NCBI GenBank assembly: GCA_964106645.2
Contig: OZ067045.1
Strand: one strand, 5' to 3'
Length of the DNA: 64,000 nt
DNA from: Podarcis pityusensis
Taxonomy: Eukaryota
The notes beneath the pieces are model-generated. The model did no database searches. It saw nothing but the letters and a program-made list of their open reading frames with translations, and was not told the origin of the DNA. The position numbers and the translations under genes are program-made. Below are positions 25,370 through 36,692 of this stretch, in pieces. Numbering within the stretch: the stretch's first letter is position 1; every line of letters begins with the position of its first letter.

Positions 25370-25610
25370 AGGGTTAGAGAAGGCTATCAAACATTACTAG
25401 CCGTGATGGCCATGCTGTGCTTCCACAGTTGGAGGTAGTGATATTTCTGAACACCAGTTGCTGGAAAGCACAGAAGGGGAAAGTGCTCTTGTGCTCAAAT
25501 CCTACCTGCGGGTTTCCCACAGAGGCATCTGGGTGGTCACTGTGAGAGCAGGAAGCTGGACTAGATGGGTCCTTGGCCTCATCCAGCAGGTTCTTCTTAT
25601 GTTCTTAAGT
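25370..25610 (+). mobile_element. CR1 LINE 3' end
   Basis: Full CR1 3'UTR ending cttatgttctta. Confidence 0.8.
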
Positions 25611-25735
25611 TCCAGTCAGGCTGCTCCTGCTCTGACACCCCTTCAGTCAGTGAGCCTCCATCCTTGGGGGAGGCGCTTGATGACAAATTGAGCACTGAGC
25701 CAACATTGTCTCTTGCCATCTCCTAGGGTACATCT

Positions 25736-26113
25736 TGTTAGGATATTTCCATTCCACCTTAAAAGGGAGCAGGCTTTGTGAGTCACAGAGTCTGCGTATT
25801 TCCTGTTCGCAGGATGTTTCTGTTTTGTCTATTGCTTTTGTTCTCTCTATGTGTCTGAGACACTGAAGCAGGCAGTCATGTTTTTTCTTTGTTCTGACCA
25901 ACGCTGAATAAACTTGTAAATATGCTCTCCTGAGTGCATCTTTCGCTGTGCGAGCTCTGCTGATAGAGCGTGCACGAGCTCTGGAATGTGGAAAGCTATT
26001 TCCGAGGCTTCGTGTCGCTAATTGACTGATACTGTATCTACGGGAGATCGATGGATCGTCCGGCATCGGCGTGGGGGCATGATGGACTTTGTCTCCCTGG
26101 CAGTATCCCAACA
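25736..26113 (+). mobile_element. Solo LTR of an LTR retrotransposon (378 bp)
   Basis: TG...CA ends with inverted termini TGTTAGGATA/TATCCCAACA, 5-bp TSD catct (25731-25735, 26114-26118), AATAAA at 25907. Confidence 0.9.
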
Positions 26114-26639
26114 CATCTATGGCAGTGCAAGTGGGACTCTCCCCAGACCACACACCCCTCCCACACCCTCCTTGAGTCCCTTTGCCTAGCTGGAATGTAT
26201 CTTTCAACTGTGATGCCTTGTGCTTGCCTGGAGGGGGTTTGTCTCTGTGTGTGTTGTGTATGGGAGAGTTACTGAGTTTTTCAAGCAAAGGCAAGCATCA
26301 TATCCGATTTTTCATCTGGCCCCACCCACCATTGTTATAAGGCCCTTGGAAAGTGACCCACAATCGCTTTGATCCCTCGGTATGGTCTGAGGTTACACAA
26401 GGCTGAAGCTAAGCAATAGACCTTCAATCAGAAGAATGTCCTTTGTAAAGTAAGACAGCACACAAAAACCTTAAGAGTAGTACTTTAATATGGAAGCATT
26501 AAAAAAAAAACATCATGCATGCATCCCATCTCTACACCAGGGCTGGGTACACACTCTACCTATAAAATGCACCTGAAGCACACTCTTTGCCTCAAAGAAT
26601 TCTGGGCACTGCAGTTTATACCTCTTTGGGTTACAATCC

Positions 26640-26840
26640 CTACCTCTGTCTCTATCAGAGGCGGTAATGCTTGTGAATACCAGTTGCTAGAAACCGCAAG
26701 AGGGGAGAGTGCTCTGGTGGTTGTGCCCTGCATGCATGTTTCCCAAAAGCATGTACCGGTATTTGGCCACCGTGGGAACAGGGTACTGGACTAGATGGGC
26801 CATTCACCTGACCCAGCATTCATAACATTCTTCCATTCCT
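26640..26840 (+). mobile_element. CR1 LINE 3' end
   Basis: ttggccaccgtgggaacagggtactggactagatgggcc. Confidence 0.75.
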
Positions 26841-26907
26841 ATGACCGTGACTAACTTTGGTTAGTCACTAACTTCAATGGGTCTACTCTAAGTAGAACTT
26901 AGTTGGC

Positions 26908-26908
<1 letters not shown>

Positions 26909-26940
<32 letters not shown>

Positions 26941-27672
26941 TTATTATTTATACCCTGCCCATCTGGCTGGGTTTCCCCAGCCACTCTAGGCAGCTTCCCA
27001 AAAAAGTTTAAAACAATAGTGCACCAAACATTAAAAGCTTCCCTAAACAGGGATGCCTTCAGATGTCTTCTAAAAGTCTGGTAGTTGTTTTTCTCTTTGA
27101 CATCTGGTGGGAGGGTGTTCCACAGGGTGGGTGCCACTACCGAGAAGGCCTGGTTCCCTGTAACTTGGCTTCTCGCAGCGAGGGAACTGCCAGAAGCCCC
27201 TCGGCACTGGACCTCAGTGTCCGGGTGGAACGATGGGGGTGCAGACGCTCCTTTAGGTATACTGGACTGAGGCCATTTAGGGCTTTAAAGGTCAACACCA
27301 ACACTTTGAATTGTGACCGGAAACATAGTGGAGCCAATGTAGGTCTTTCAGGACTGGTGTTATGTGGTCTTGGCGGCCGTTCCCAGTCACCAGTCTAGCT
27401 CTGCATTCTGGTTTAGTTGTAGTTTCTGGGTCACCTTCAAAGGTAGCCCCACATAGAGAGCATTGCAGTAGTCCAAGTGAGAGATAACATGCACCACTCT
27501 GGCGAGACAGTCCGCGGGCAGATAGGGTCTCAGCCTGCGTACCAGATGGAGCTGGTAACCAGCTGCCCTGGACACAGAATTGACCTGCACCTCCATGGAC
27601 AGCTGTGAGTCCAAAATGACTCCCAGGCTGCGCACCTGGTCCTTCAGGGGCACAGTTACCCCATTCAGGACC
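26909..27672 (-). mobile_element. L2-clade LINE 3' portion, frameshifted ORF2
   Basis: Minus-strand ORFs LGVILDSQLSM..HLDYCNALYVGLP.., FKVLVLTFKALNGL.., APTLWNTLPP..FRRHLKASLF; (TTA)n tail; same subfamily as 4187-4586. Confidence 0.93.
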
Positions 27673-28240
27673 AAAATTTGGTGAGCACACATAGGTTTTG
27701 CTCTTCCTTCCTAAAGGTGGGTAAGAAGGTGTCTGGCTTTGGGAAGAAGGAATGAGGACTCTGGCAGTGTTAGACAGCTCTCCCACCTCCTTCCCAAAGC
27801 TGGGAAGGCACTAAGTAGACTTTGGGAAGGAGGTGGGAAGACTCTCTGACCTGTCAGAGCCCCCACACCTCCTTCCCAAAGCCCAGCACCTCGCTTAGCG
27901 GGCTTTGAGATGGCGCCCCCTCTCTTCAGCATCCAGTGTATGTGCAGCGCTCGCACAGCCCTAAATCCACCCCTGTTCTGACAATGAAAATGTTTTTATG
28001 TACACAGTAGCGTAAAGGCTGCAGACACAACTGAAATGCCACCATTTCCCCGCAGATAATCTAAACGTCTCTGTTCTGTTATCTCCAGCTATGACACATC
28101 AGCTGTCGTCTAGATATGGTTACTTGCACAAATCGGTTCTCCTGAGTTCAGTGAGACTTACTTCAGAGCTAACTTTTAATTAATGAGACGTTGTTTGTCA
28201 CTGAACAAAAAGGCTTGTTTTATACATTAGCTTGCTTGTG

Positions 28241-28284
28241 TTTTGTAAAGATACTTGTAGGCTGCTACAAGTATCTTTACAAAA
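28241..28284. repeat. Perfect inverted repeat, 20-bp arms, 4-nt spacer
   Basis: ttttgtaaagatacttgtag-gctg-ctacaagtatctttacaaaa. Confidence 0.95.
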
Positions 28285-28599
28285 AAAGATACACATACAA
28301 AAAAATATAGTTTTCTGTGCAAGATAAATCTAGTATGCACAGATATTTTTGAGTTTAATTTGGAATCTCACAAAAAGTGAACAAGAGAATTCTAGAAGGA
28401 CTTTGGTTCCCCGCCTTTCTCCCTAATAAAAGGTGGGATCTCTTGAATTTTATTATGGGGGGGGGGGGAGAGATAAGCCTGGCTTCTGTGCAGCGTGACT
28501 TTGTATGTCTGAACCAGCAAAGAACCTTTGAAGAGCTCCTGCTTGTTAATTCTCCCATTTGTTTGATTTTTGGTACAAAGAAAATGAAAAGAATATGAT

Positions 28600-29100
28600 G
28601 AGATTATGGCGTTTTAAGTCAATATTTATTAAAAAATCAATCTCGATGAAAATCTGGCCATCCCTCTAATTAGACGAGGCAACTTGAGGTTGATTTTTAA
28701 TTGCAAAAGTAATTACACGGAGCAGATAGCCAGTGACATTTGATTATCTAGGTGATTGATTAAAAAGCCTAGCTCATGGAGCAGATTGTCAGCCAGGGGA
28801 ATCGAGACAAAAGAGCAAATTAAAAAAGTTGTCCTGTTGGTAATCACAAAATTCAAGGATGAAATTACAAAGCCAAACACCTCCAGTGCTCCTCATCAAA
28901 CACAGCGTGCTTCAGCCTGGGAGGAATGGATTGCTTTAAAGGCAATTGCGGGAGCATAAAAATGGAGGTGTAACATCGCAGCTGGCGAAAGGGGAATTGA
29001 GCCGCTGGAATGAATGTTGAAATAAAGATGCATCTGAGTTCTAATAAAAAGTTTCTTTTCAATACACTCCCATTTAAGTCCATTTACTGCCATCAATATT
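28600..29100. promoter_or_regulatory. Candidate conserved non-coding enhancer
   Basis: Repeat-free; multiple TAATT/TAATTA, TGATTGAT at 28753, CpGs retained in an AT-rich context. Confidence 0.4.
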
Positions 29101-29623
29101 ACTTAAATGGGTGGCAGAGTTGGTGTGGAATGCACATGTCAGATGCAGCAGTTTTCTTATTTTATTTTATTTTTTAAAGTGAGCAAACAGTTTTCATCAC
29201 CATTATTCAGGGTGCCAACTTACCAAGAAAATAAAAATATGGCCTGCTTTTGTGCATTAAACAGTAATCTTAGCAGCAGAAACTGGAAGCTGGTGAATTG
29301 GACTGCATGGGTAGTCACTGAGTGGTATTCAGAGCAGAACCACTGGATTTAATGGGCCTAACTTAATTGTGTTCATTAATTTCAGTGGGTTTACTCTAAG
29401 TAAGACTTAGTTGAATATCACTCTCAGAATATTCAACCCCCAGTGTCTTATAAGTGGCCACTTTGGCTACAGGAACCTTTGATTGACATCAAAGCAACCA
29501 GAGAATGCGGAAGCTTAAATGTTTTCCTGTGATATCTCTGTTATGTTATGCACCACAATATCTTCCTTACAGGGTATTGAAACTCAGAGGGCAACAAATG
29601 GAAAGTAGCAATGCAATCGTATA

Positions 29624-29832
29624 CAGTGGTACCTCGGGTTACAAACACCTCGGGTTACAGACTCCGCTAACCTGGAAGTAGTACCTCGGGTTAAGAACTT
29701 TACCTCAGGATGAGAACAGAAATCGCGTGGTGGTGGCTGGGCGGCTGCGGGAGGCCCCATTAGCTAAAGTGGTACCTCAGGTTAAGAACAGTTTCAGGTT
29801 AAGAATTAAGTTTGTAACCAGAGGTACCACTG
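29624..29832. mobile_element. Tc1/mariner (Tigger-like) MITE, same family as 2260, opposite orientation
   Basis: TA-CAGTGGTACCTC...GAGGTACCACTG-TA. Confidence 0.9.
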
Positions 29833-30224
29833 TACATGTTTACTCATAGACCTCGCTGAACACTTTTGTTCAATCCTATAACTGGGTGTAGGATTGCAGG
29901 CTACTGTTGATCAAATTGTCCCACTGAGACAAAGGAGAAGGAAATATCCATAGCCTTTCAACTGGACCCCATAGCACAAGGGTGAGAAACCTGTAGACCT
30001 CCAGATGTTCAGAAGATGCATTTCAACTAAGACAGATAGAGGTAGAGGACCATTCCAGTGTGTATTTAAGTTCCTGTTGACCCAGGGGTAACTGTGCTCT
30101 CTCCATATTTTTTCTAACTCCAGCTTCCACAGCATGGTCAGGGATGATGGGAGTTGTAGTCCATCAACACCAGGGAGATGCATGTTTCCCAGCCCTGCAA
30201 TAAGACTTCCTTGCCACAGCACTG

Positions 30225-30500
30225 GAGAGCCGGTGTGGTGTAGTGGTTAGAGCAGTGTTTCCCAACCTTGGGTCCTCAGCTGTTTTCAGACTACAGTTCC
30301 CATCATCCCTGACCACTGGTCTTGCTAGCTAGAGATGATGGGAGTTGTAGTCCAGAAACAGTTGGGAAACACTGGGTTAGAGTGTTGGACCAAATCCCAT
30401 CTCAGCCAGGTGGCTTTGAGTCAGTCATTCTTCCAGTCTAAACCAACTAAACAGGGTTATTGTGCGGCTAAAAAGGAGTGTGGCAACCGTATTGGTCTCC
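30225..30500 (+). mobile_element. Squam3/MIR-like SINE interrupted by a hAT MITE
   Basis: gagagccggtgtggtgtagtggttagag[MITE]tgttggac... resumes after 30382. Confidence 0.75.
30253..30374. mobile_element. hAT-superfamily palindromic MITE
   Basis: TIR CAGTGTTTCCCAAC / GTTGGGAAACACTG, 8-bp TSD ggttagag (30245-30252, 30375-30382). Confidence 0.92.
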
Positions 30501-31752
30501 TTGTGAGCTATAATCCTGGAGGGCCACAAGGTTCCTTAGTCCTGTTATAGTTTTGGAAGGTATTTAAGGAGAACTGAATTGACCTCACCCCAACCCTGGC
30601 CACCAAATCCCTAACTGTCACTTTGTCTCCCAGCTAAGCCTACCCTGGAAACTATAGTGTTGTCATGGATCTGGGGCACCAGAGTCTGTTAGTGAATGAT
30701 GGAAATTAATAAATGGTAGTATACTAAATAGAAAGAGGCAATATACATCCTCCTTCCACAGTACCATTTTGTAATGGGGGGGGGAAAACCCCAACGGAAA
30801 ATACATATAGGATTTAAATATATTTATGGAAACCAGCACTCAGCAAAGTCAATAAATAATGTGGTTGACTGAATGACAAGAATAATCAATTTTAAAGGGG
30901 GTGAAATGCACTGCACAATTACAACTGGGCATCCTGCCATGAAAGCAAAAATGCGATCAAATTAAAAACAAACATTTTTTTCTTTTTAAAAAAAGACCTT
31001 AAACCCATCAACTTTTGTTAAAGTGAGTCCCAGTTAGAACAACTATAAATTACTTGCATACAGAACATCAGAGAGGAAAATGGCTAAATGATTCTTGCTG
31101 CGACTATTATAAAAATAAATAATAGCACCATTTGCTAGTTTACTTGTGAGTAATGCCACCGTATTTCTGCCTTTTTCCTTAGGAAGGTAAAAGCTTTCAC
31201 AGCCACAGCGACAACGACAGAAAGGAAACCTTTTAGATTCATTGTCTGTAAAACCAGAAAGACTCTATAAATCTCATCCTCTTAGAAGAATATTGAGGCT
31301 GCTGGGAGAACGCAAGCCATTCAGGTAGGCAAAATGCAACCAGCGGTTTTCTTCAGCAGAGAAAGCAGCATATAGAATCAAAGGGTTGCACCTGGCAGAG
31401 TCAGAGCAGACCCACTAAAATCAAGCAGCGTGACTAAGAAGATTTCAATGGGTTTTACTCTGATCATGACTTCGTTGAATGCATGCCATCAGATTTTAGA
31501 ACTGGCACCTCAGAGGTCATCTAGTCTAGGCCCCATTTGGTGTAGAAAACTTGCAACTGCGGCATGTTTGACAGATGCTGATTCTGCTTAAATGCCTCCA
31601 TTTCCCCAGGCTGACTATGCCACTCTCAAGCAGTACGTTTTATGTATTTTTTGTGGTTTTACATTGCAAATAACCCTGTGATCCTTGGGTGAACGGTGGT
31701 ATAGACATGTAATAAATAAACTACATTAACTAACTAAATAAAATACTATCAT

Positions 31753-32240
31753 TAGGGATGAGGGGGAAATTCTATTTGGTTTGCATTTAGAGGCAAGCCT
31801 AGATAATGGAAGCTGCCCAGAGTGGCTGGGGAAACCCAGCTAGATGGGTGGGGTATCATCAGCAGCAGCATTTGTACTTTCCAAAACAATACGAGAACTG
31901 AAACACTGCCACCTTTCCATATTCAAAGTTCTTAGAATTTTGCAACATAGTTCTGTGTACATTACTGTGTCAAGTATTGTGTACCAAAACACATAAAGTG
32001 CAGCAAAATGTCCCTTCATATGTGTATGGTAGGGAAAATAGCATACAATTTTTTTTGCTATATTAGAGGAAAATCTTATTAGGCAAAATCACATAGAAAC
32101 ACCCGTCTGTTATGAAAAATCTGCAGCAAAATGCTGACTAATTTTCAAGCAGACCTCCTTTTAAAAAACATTTCAAACTGATGTGGAAATGTAGAGAACC
32201 TTTTTGAAGATTGGGAAAATAAGAACCTTGCCCATCCCAA
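31753..32240. mobile_element. Unclassified AT-rich MITE-like repeat with nested L2 tail (31808-31856)
   Basis: AGGGATG...CATCCC termini; related sequence at 18320-18560 and 48115-48500. Confidence 0.5.
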
Positions 32241-32417
32241 TTTTCATTAGGATGTTTCTGATAACATTTAGCTGAAATCTGCTTCCTTGCAGTTTTCAGT
32301 CATTGGCTTGAGTCCAGCCTTCTGGAGCAACTGAGAACAAGTCTGCTCTTATTTTCTGATTCCATGTTCTTATTTTGGGGTGAGGTGGTGCCATTGATTC
32401 AGCAGCTGCCTTCAGCA

Positions 32418-32562
32418 GGGATACTGGGATAGCTCAGTCATCAGAGCTTGAGACTCTTAATCCCAAGGTCATGGGTTCAAGCCCCACGTTGGGCAAATGA
32501 TTCCTGCGTTGCAGGGTGTTGGTCTAGATGACTCTCGTGGTCCTTCCCCACTCTACAATTCT
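32418..32562 (+). mobile_element. tRNA-Lys(CTT)-derived SINE with CR1-type 3' tail (POM/Squam2-like)
   Basis: Head tagctcagtc..gagactcttaatc..gggttcaagccccacgttgggc resembles tRNA-Lys; tail ggtctagatgac..ggtccttcc..ctctacaattct. Confidence 0.8.
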
Positions 32563-32857
32563 TTGTTGTTGTTTAGTCGTTTAGTTGTGTCCGACTCTTC
32601 GTGACCCCATGGACCAGAGCATGCCAGGCACTCCTGTCTTCCACTGCCTCCCGCAGTTTGGTCAAACTCATGCTGGTAGCTTCGAGAACACTGTCCAACC
32701 ATCTGGTCCTCTGTCATCCCCTTCTCCTTGTGCCCTCCATCTTTCCCAACATCAGGGTCTTTTCCAGGGAGTCTTCTCTTCTCATGAGGTGGCCAAAGTA
32801 TTGGAGCCTCAGCTTCACAATCTGTCCTTCCAGTGAGCACTCAGGGCTGATGTCCTT
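32563..32857 (-). mobile_element. BovB LINE 3' end, 5'-truncated
   Basis: Reverse complement nearly identical to 16388-16691; (CAA)n tail. Confidence 0.95.
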
Positions 32858-32929
32858 TCTATTATTCTACTTCTGGCCTCCGCAGGATTTTAAAAGAGCA
32901 GTTGTTGGGCTGACCCACCACAAAGACCT

Positions 32930-33100
32930 ATTTATTTGTTTCATTTATATCCTCCTTATTGCTCCATGGAGCTCAAAGCAGTGTACATGGGCCTTCCACT
33001 GTCACCCTGCTTTATCCCTTCCACAACCCTGTGGAGTAAGTTGGATAGAGAGTTGGCAACCGGCCCAAGTTCACCCAGTGAACTTCATTCCCCAGGTTTG
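32930..33100 (-). mobile_element. Older Squam3/MIR-like SINE
   Basis: cacaaccctgtggagtaagttgg...ggcccaagttcacccagtgaacttcat. Confidence 0.65.
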
Positions 33101-33815
33101 TGGAATCTGAATCAACATGAGATTGCATTAGCTCTGATCTTAAGGGTGTGCTCACACCAGAACCACTCCGAGGGTCAGATTCATTTCTGTTTGTGTACAT
33201 ACCCGTGGAAGCAGGGGTGTCTTTACATTATGCAGCTGAATTAGAAACAGCTTAAGGACTCCAGTCAGTGTGAAGCAACTTATCAAACAGTGGCATTTCA
33301 TAACAAAGTGCATGTGCATTTTGGAGAGAGGATAACATCATGCAACTTAAAAAGGAAGAAATGGATGTCCTCACTGAAACAGAACAACAAAATGAGGAAA
33401 CCTTAATTTCTTAGAGAACCTCTGTAAGATGTGAACTTGAGGAGTGAAAACTTAAGCCAAAGCTTAATTATAAATTCCTGCATGGCTTTGTGGTCTGTCC
33501 AAAAAAATGTTACATGCTTGCGGTGGTGGCGATCAGTATCCAAAGGCGCTCTAAGAACTGGCCCTATGCTTTGCAGCTTATTTATCATTTGGGTGCAGGA
33601 ATTTAAATCAATGGGGGATGCCTTTCTTTCTTAGAAAAGCCCTTATAGTTACGATAGGAGGGCCAGGCAGAGCAAACAAGCTGTGTATACAGCAGAGCCA
33701 AAGATGAAAGGCATGAAGCTGCCCCTTCCATGGTCAGAAATTCTTATCTGGTGACTGAACCTTTGTTGGTTTCTGAAAGCAGAAGTGGTCTGTGTTGGCG
33801 GAAGGTTCAAAGCTA

Positions 33816-33817
<2 letters not shown>

Positions 33818-33853
<36 letters not shown>
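33818..33853. repeat. (TA)n microsatellite
   Basis: Direct tandem repeat. Confidence 0.95.
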
Positions 33854-33856
<3 letters not shown>

Positions 33857-35554
33857 GATAATGCAATCAAAAGTATGTCTATCTGTTGAAATATTTAGAA
33901 GAACAAGATATCGCTTCGACCTCCTTACACCTGTGACCCTTTTGAAAGGCTTCAAGGCAAGCTTTGGGTCTGTTTATGTTCTTTATCTTAAATGGGCTTC
34001 TGTATTTTTATTTTTTTTAATGTTGTAATGAAAAGATTAAGATTTGTTGAGTCCTTTGAGCATGGAGAAGGCTATGATTTGACTCAATATTTTTAAACAT
34101 TCAGGGAGTGTCTAAATATATTTAAACATTCAGGGAGGACACCGATATTGTCCTTCCTGAATGTAAAAGTAAAACAAAAGGAACTCTGAAGCCACAGGAG
34201 AAGTATGAAAACTGCAGCAAGCCCAAATTTGCTGCACCAGTACAACAGGCAATATCTCCTGCTCTCCTACTAAAAACATAACAAGAGCCCTGCTGGATCA
34301 GAGGTATACTGTCTCCATCAGTAGGCGTAGCAAGCTGACTGGCTGCTTTGCTGGTTCGGGTTCATGTGCTGTCATCTGGATCTAGACACATCAAAGAAGT
34401 GCTTCAGTTAAACATGTTGTAAACTTTGTATGAAAAATCGGGTTGGCCAAAACGGAACTCCACAGCGCCATCTGATGTCACAGTGTTATAATGCATATAA
34501 AATGCATATAAAGCACTTTTTCTTTGCCAGTATAGCTGAGTCCCCAATCACAGAATTATAGAGTTGGAAGAGACCTCAAGGGTCATATAGTCCAACACTC
34601 TGCAGTGTAGGAATCTCAAGACACAATCCCCCATCCAATTTGAAATCATTCTGCACTCTGTTTAGCTTTGCAGTTTAATTGCTGCACTAGGCATGCTCAT
34701 TGAATTTTCAGTTGGTCTTTAGATTTCGAAGTAGAGAAACACTATAGATACAGGCTTAAGCATCTTTCAAGTGCCGTGGTTGCTGTTCTGAACTGTTGAT
34801 AACCTAGGAAACAAGATGTGTTCACTGAAGCTGGTGGTTGAAGTTGCCCCCACTAAGGTCTCACAGCTGAAACCCAGATCTCCCTGTCCCTGTTCCTCCC
34901 CCCTCCTCCAAGGGGGTCATGTGTCCACCTTTGCAGAGGAAAGTCCTCTAAAGGGATGGTCTTCTGTTTATGATGGTGTCCTCTGTTTGAAGGGCTGTCT
35001 AGGCCAAGGCTATTTTAAAGATAAGGAACCCTAAGAAAGGAGAGCATTGGGGTAGGGGGAATTTGAAGTTGCCCATCAATGCAGAGCAGCTGGGTAGCAG
35101 AAGTAACAGGCACACAGCCTCCCCTGGTCACCATGCTATTTCTATTTAAACCATGGTCATCGTTTCTAAAATTGCATCTATGCATATAAATTTGTGTGCT
35201 TTAAAAAACAAACAAACACAAATTGATGTCATGTGTGGAGGGCAATGCATTGGTTGCCCACCTTATTGCTGTTGCTGCCTGTTTGCTGGCCCTGCCAAGT
35301 TAGTGAGCAGTGTTCACTAGCTGTGTCTTCTTCTGGGCAGTGTGTGGATTAGGTCTAATGGGCAGGCAACAGGCAGTGGTGAGAGAGGCAAGGAGGCAGG
35401 ACTACTGATGGCATCTTGCTCAAGCCCCACCTCCATCACCATCTGTAGTTGACACTGCACCCACACACTTCCAGAAACCTGGGGGAGAGGGCAGACACTG
35501 AAAAATGATAAGTCTCGCAATTCATGTTCAAATCTGACCAAGGCAAGGATGAAG

Positions 35555-35835
35555 CAGTGGTAGAACATATGCTTTGCATCCAGAAGGGCCCAGGTTTCTC
35601 CAGGTGGAACTGGCCCTTGTCTAAGATCCTGGAGAGCTGCTGCCAGTTGTTGTAAACCAAGGGTGAGGAGCCTTTTGCTGCACTCCAACTCCCATCAGGC
35701 CCAGTCAGCATGGCCAATGAGCAGGAATGATGGGAGTTTCAGTACAGCAGCACTAAGAGGACCACAGATTCTGCATCCCTGGTGCAGACAATACTGAGCT
35801 AGTCCAACCAATGACCTGACTCAGTAGAAGTCAGC
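35555..35835 (+). mobile_element. tRNA-headed SINE with nested degenerate hAT MITE (~35658-35780)
   Basis: cagtggtagaacatatgctttgcatccagaagggcccagg...ccctggagagctgctgccag [MITE] gacaatactgagctag. Confidence 0.6.
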
Positions 35836-36555
35836 ATCCTGGGACCTTTCCTTGGAGAGTTCAAGATTGCTGTGGCCTAGTAATTTCAGTAGACCTGTTT
35901 TCACGGCTGGCGGACATATTGCAATGTACCATTCCAAACTATCAATTGGGGAGCGGGGGATGAGTTAGAAATAGGAAGAAAGAGCTTACAATTCGATACA
36001 AGCCAGAGAAAGAGGTTGGAAAGTGACAGATTTATAGCATTCATGAAAAGGAGACTATGAAACAATAACAAAAAATGTGGCAAATTAAGACAGGTATGTT
36101 GGTTTTTCCACTCTTTCTGAAAGTTTCTTTCTTTCTTTCCGCCCCTCCAATTGAGTTTAATAGAATTCTTGGACTGACAGGATTCTTTTGTTATACCAGG
36201 TAATATTTTTGAAAAACAGCATTACCAAAGGTTAAACATAGAACAGATGTAAGTTGTAAAATACAAGCTGATCAAAGCTCAGATTTTGAGACAGAGACGT
36301 TAGCAAATGATGATAAATCAATCCCAGTAGAATTGTAAGAAGCAGACAAATGTAACCATGGAAGAGAGAAAGTCAAGGGTTGGATTTTGGGGAAGGGGGT
36401 AGTGCCGGAAGAGTAGAAACAAATGCTGGAGTTAATTCTAGACATCCGAGATGGAGAATTGAGCAAACACACAGCACAGAACATGGCAAAGCATGGGTAA
36501 TATTCTGTAACTAGGTGAACCTTAAAGAAAGGCTCACATATTCTGTGATATAAGT

Positions 36556-36692
36556 CAGCCTTCCCCAACATGCTGCCCTCCAGATGTTTTAAACTATAAC
36601 CACTGGCATCCCTGACCATTGGCCATGCTGACTGAGGCTGATGGGAGGGCTTATTCAACATCATATGGAGGGCACCATGTTGGGGAAGGCTG
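36556..36692. mobile_element. hAT-type palindromic MITE
   Basis: 17-bp TIR CAGCCTTCCCCAACATG / CATGTTGGGGAAGGCTG; TSD not recognisable. Confidence 0.75.

Noticed and set aside
25647-26294. Longest ORF (215 aa, minus strand)
   Set aside because: Runs antisense through a solo LTR and across both junctions; no recognisable domain, so a chance ORF
32424-32495. tRNA-Lys(CTT) gene
   Set aside because: D arm and acceptor stem are degenerate and it continues into a CR1-type tail, so it is a SINE head
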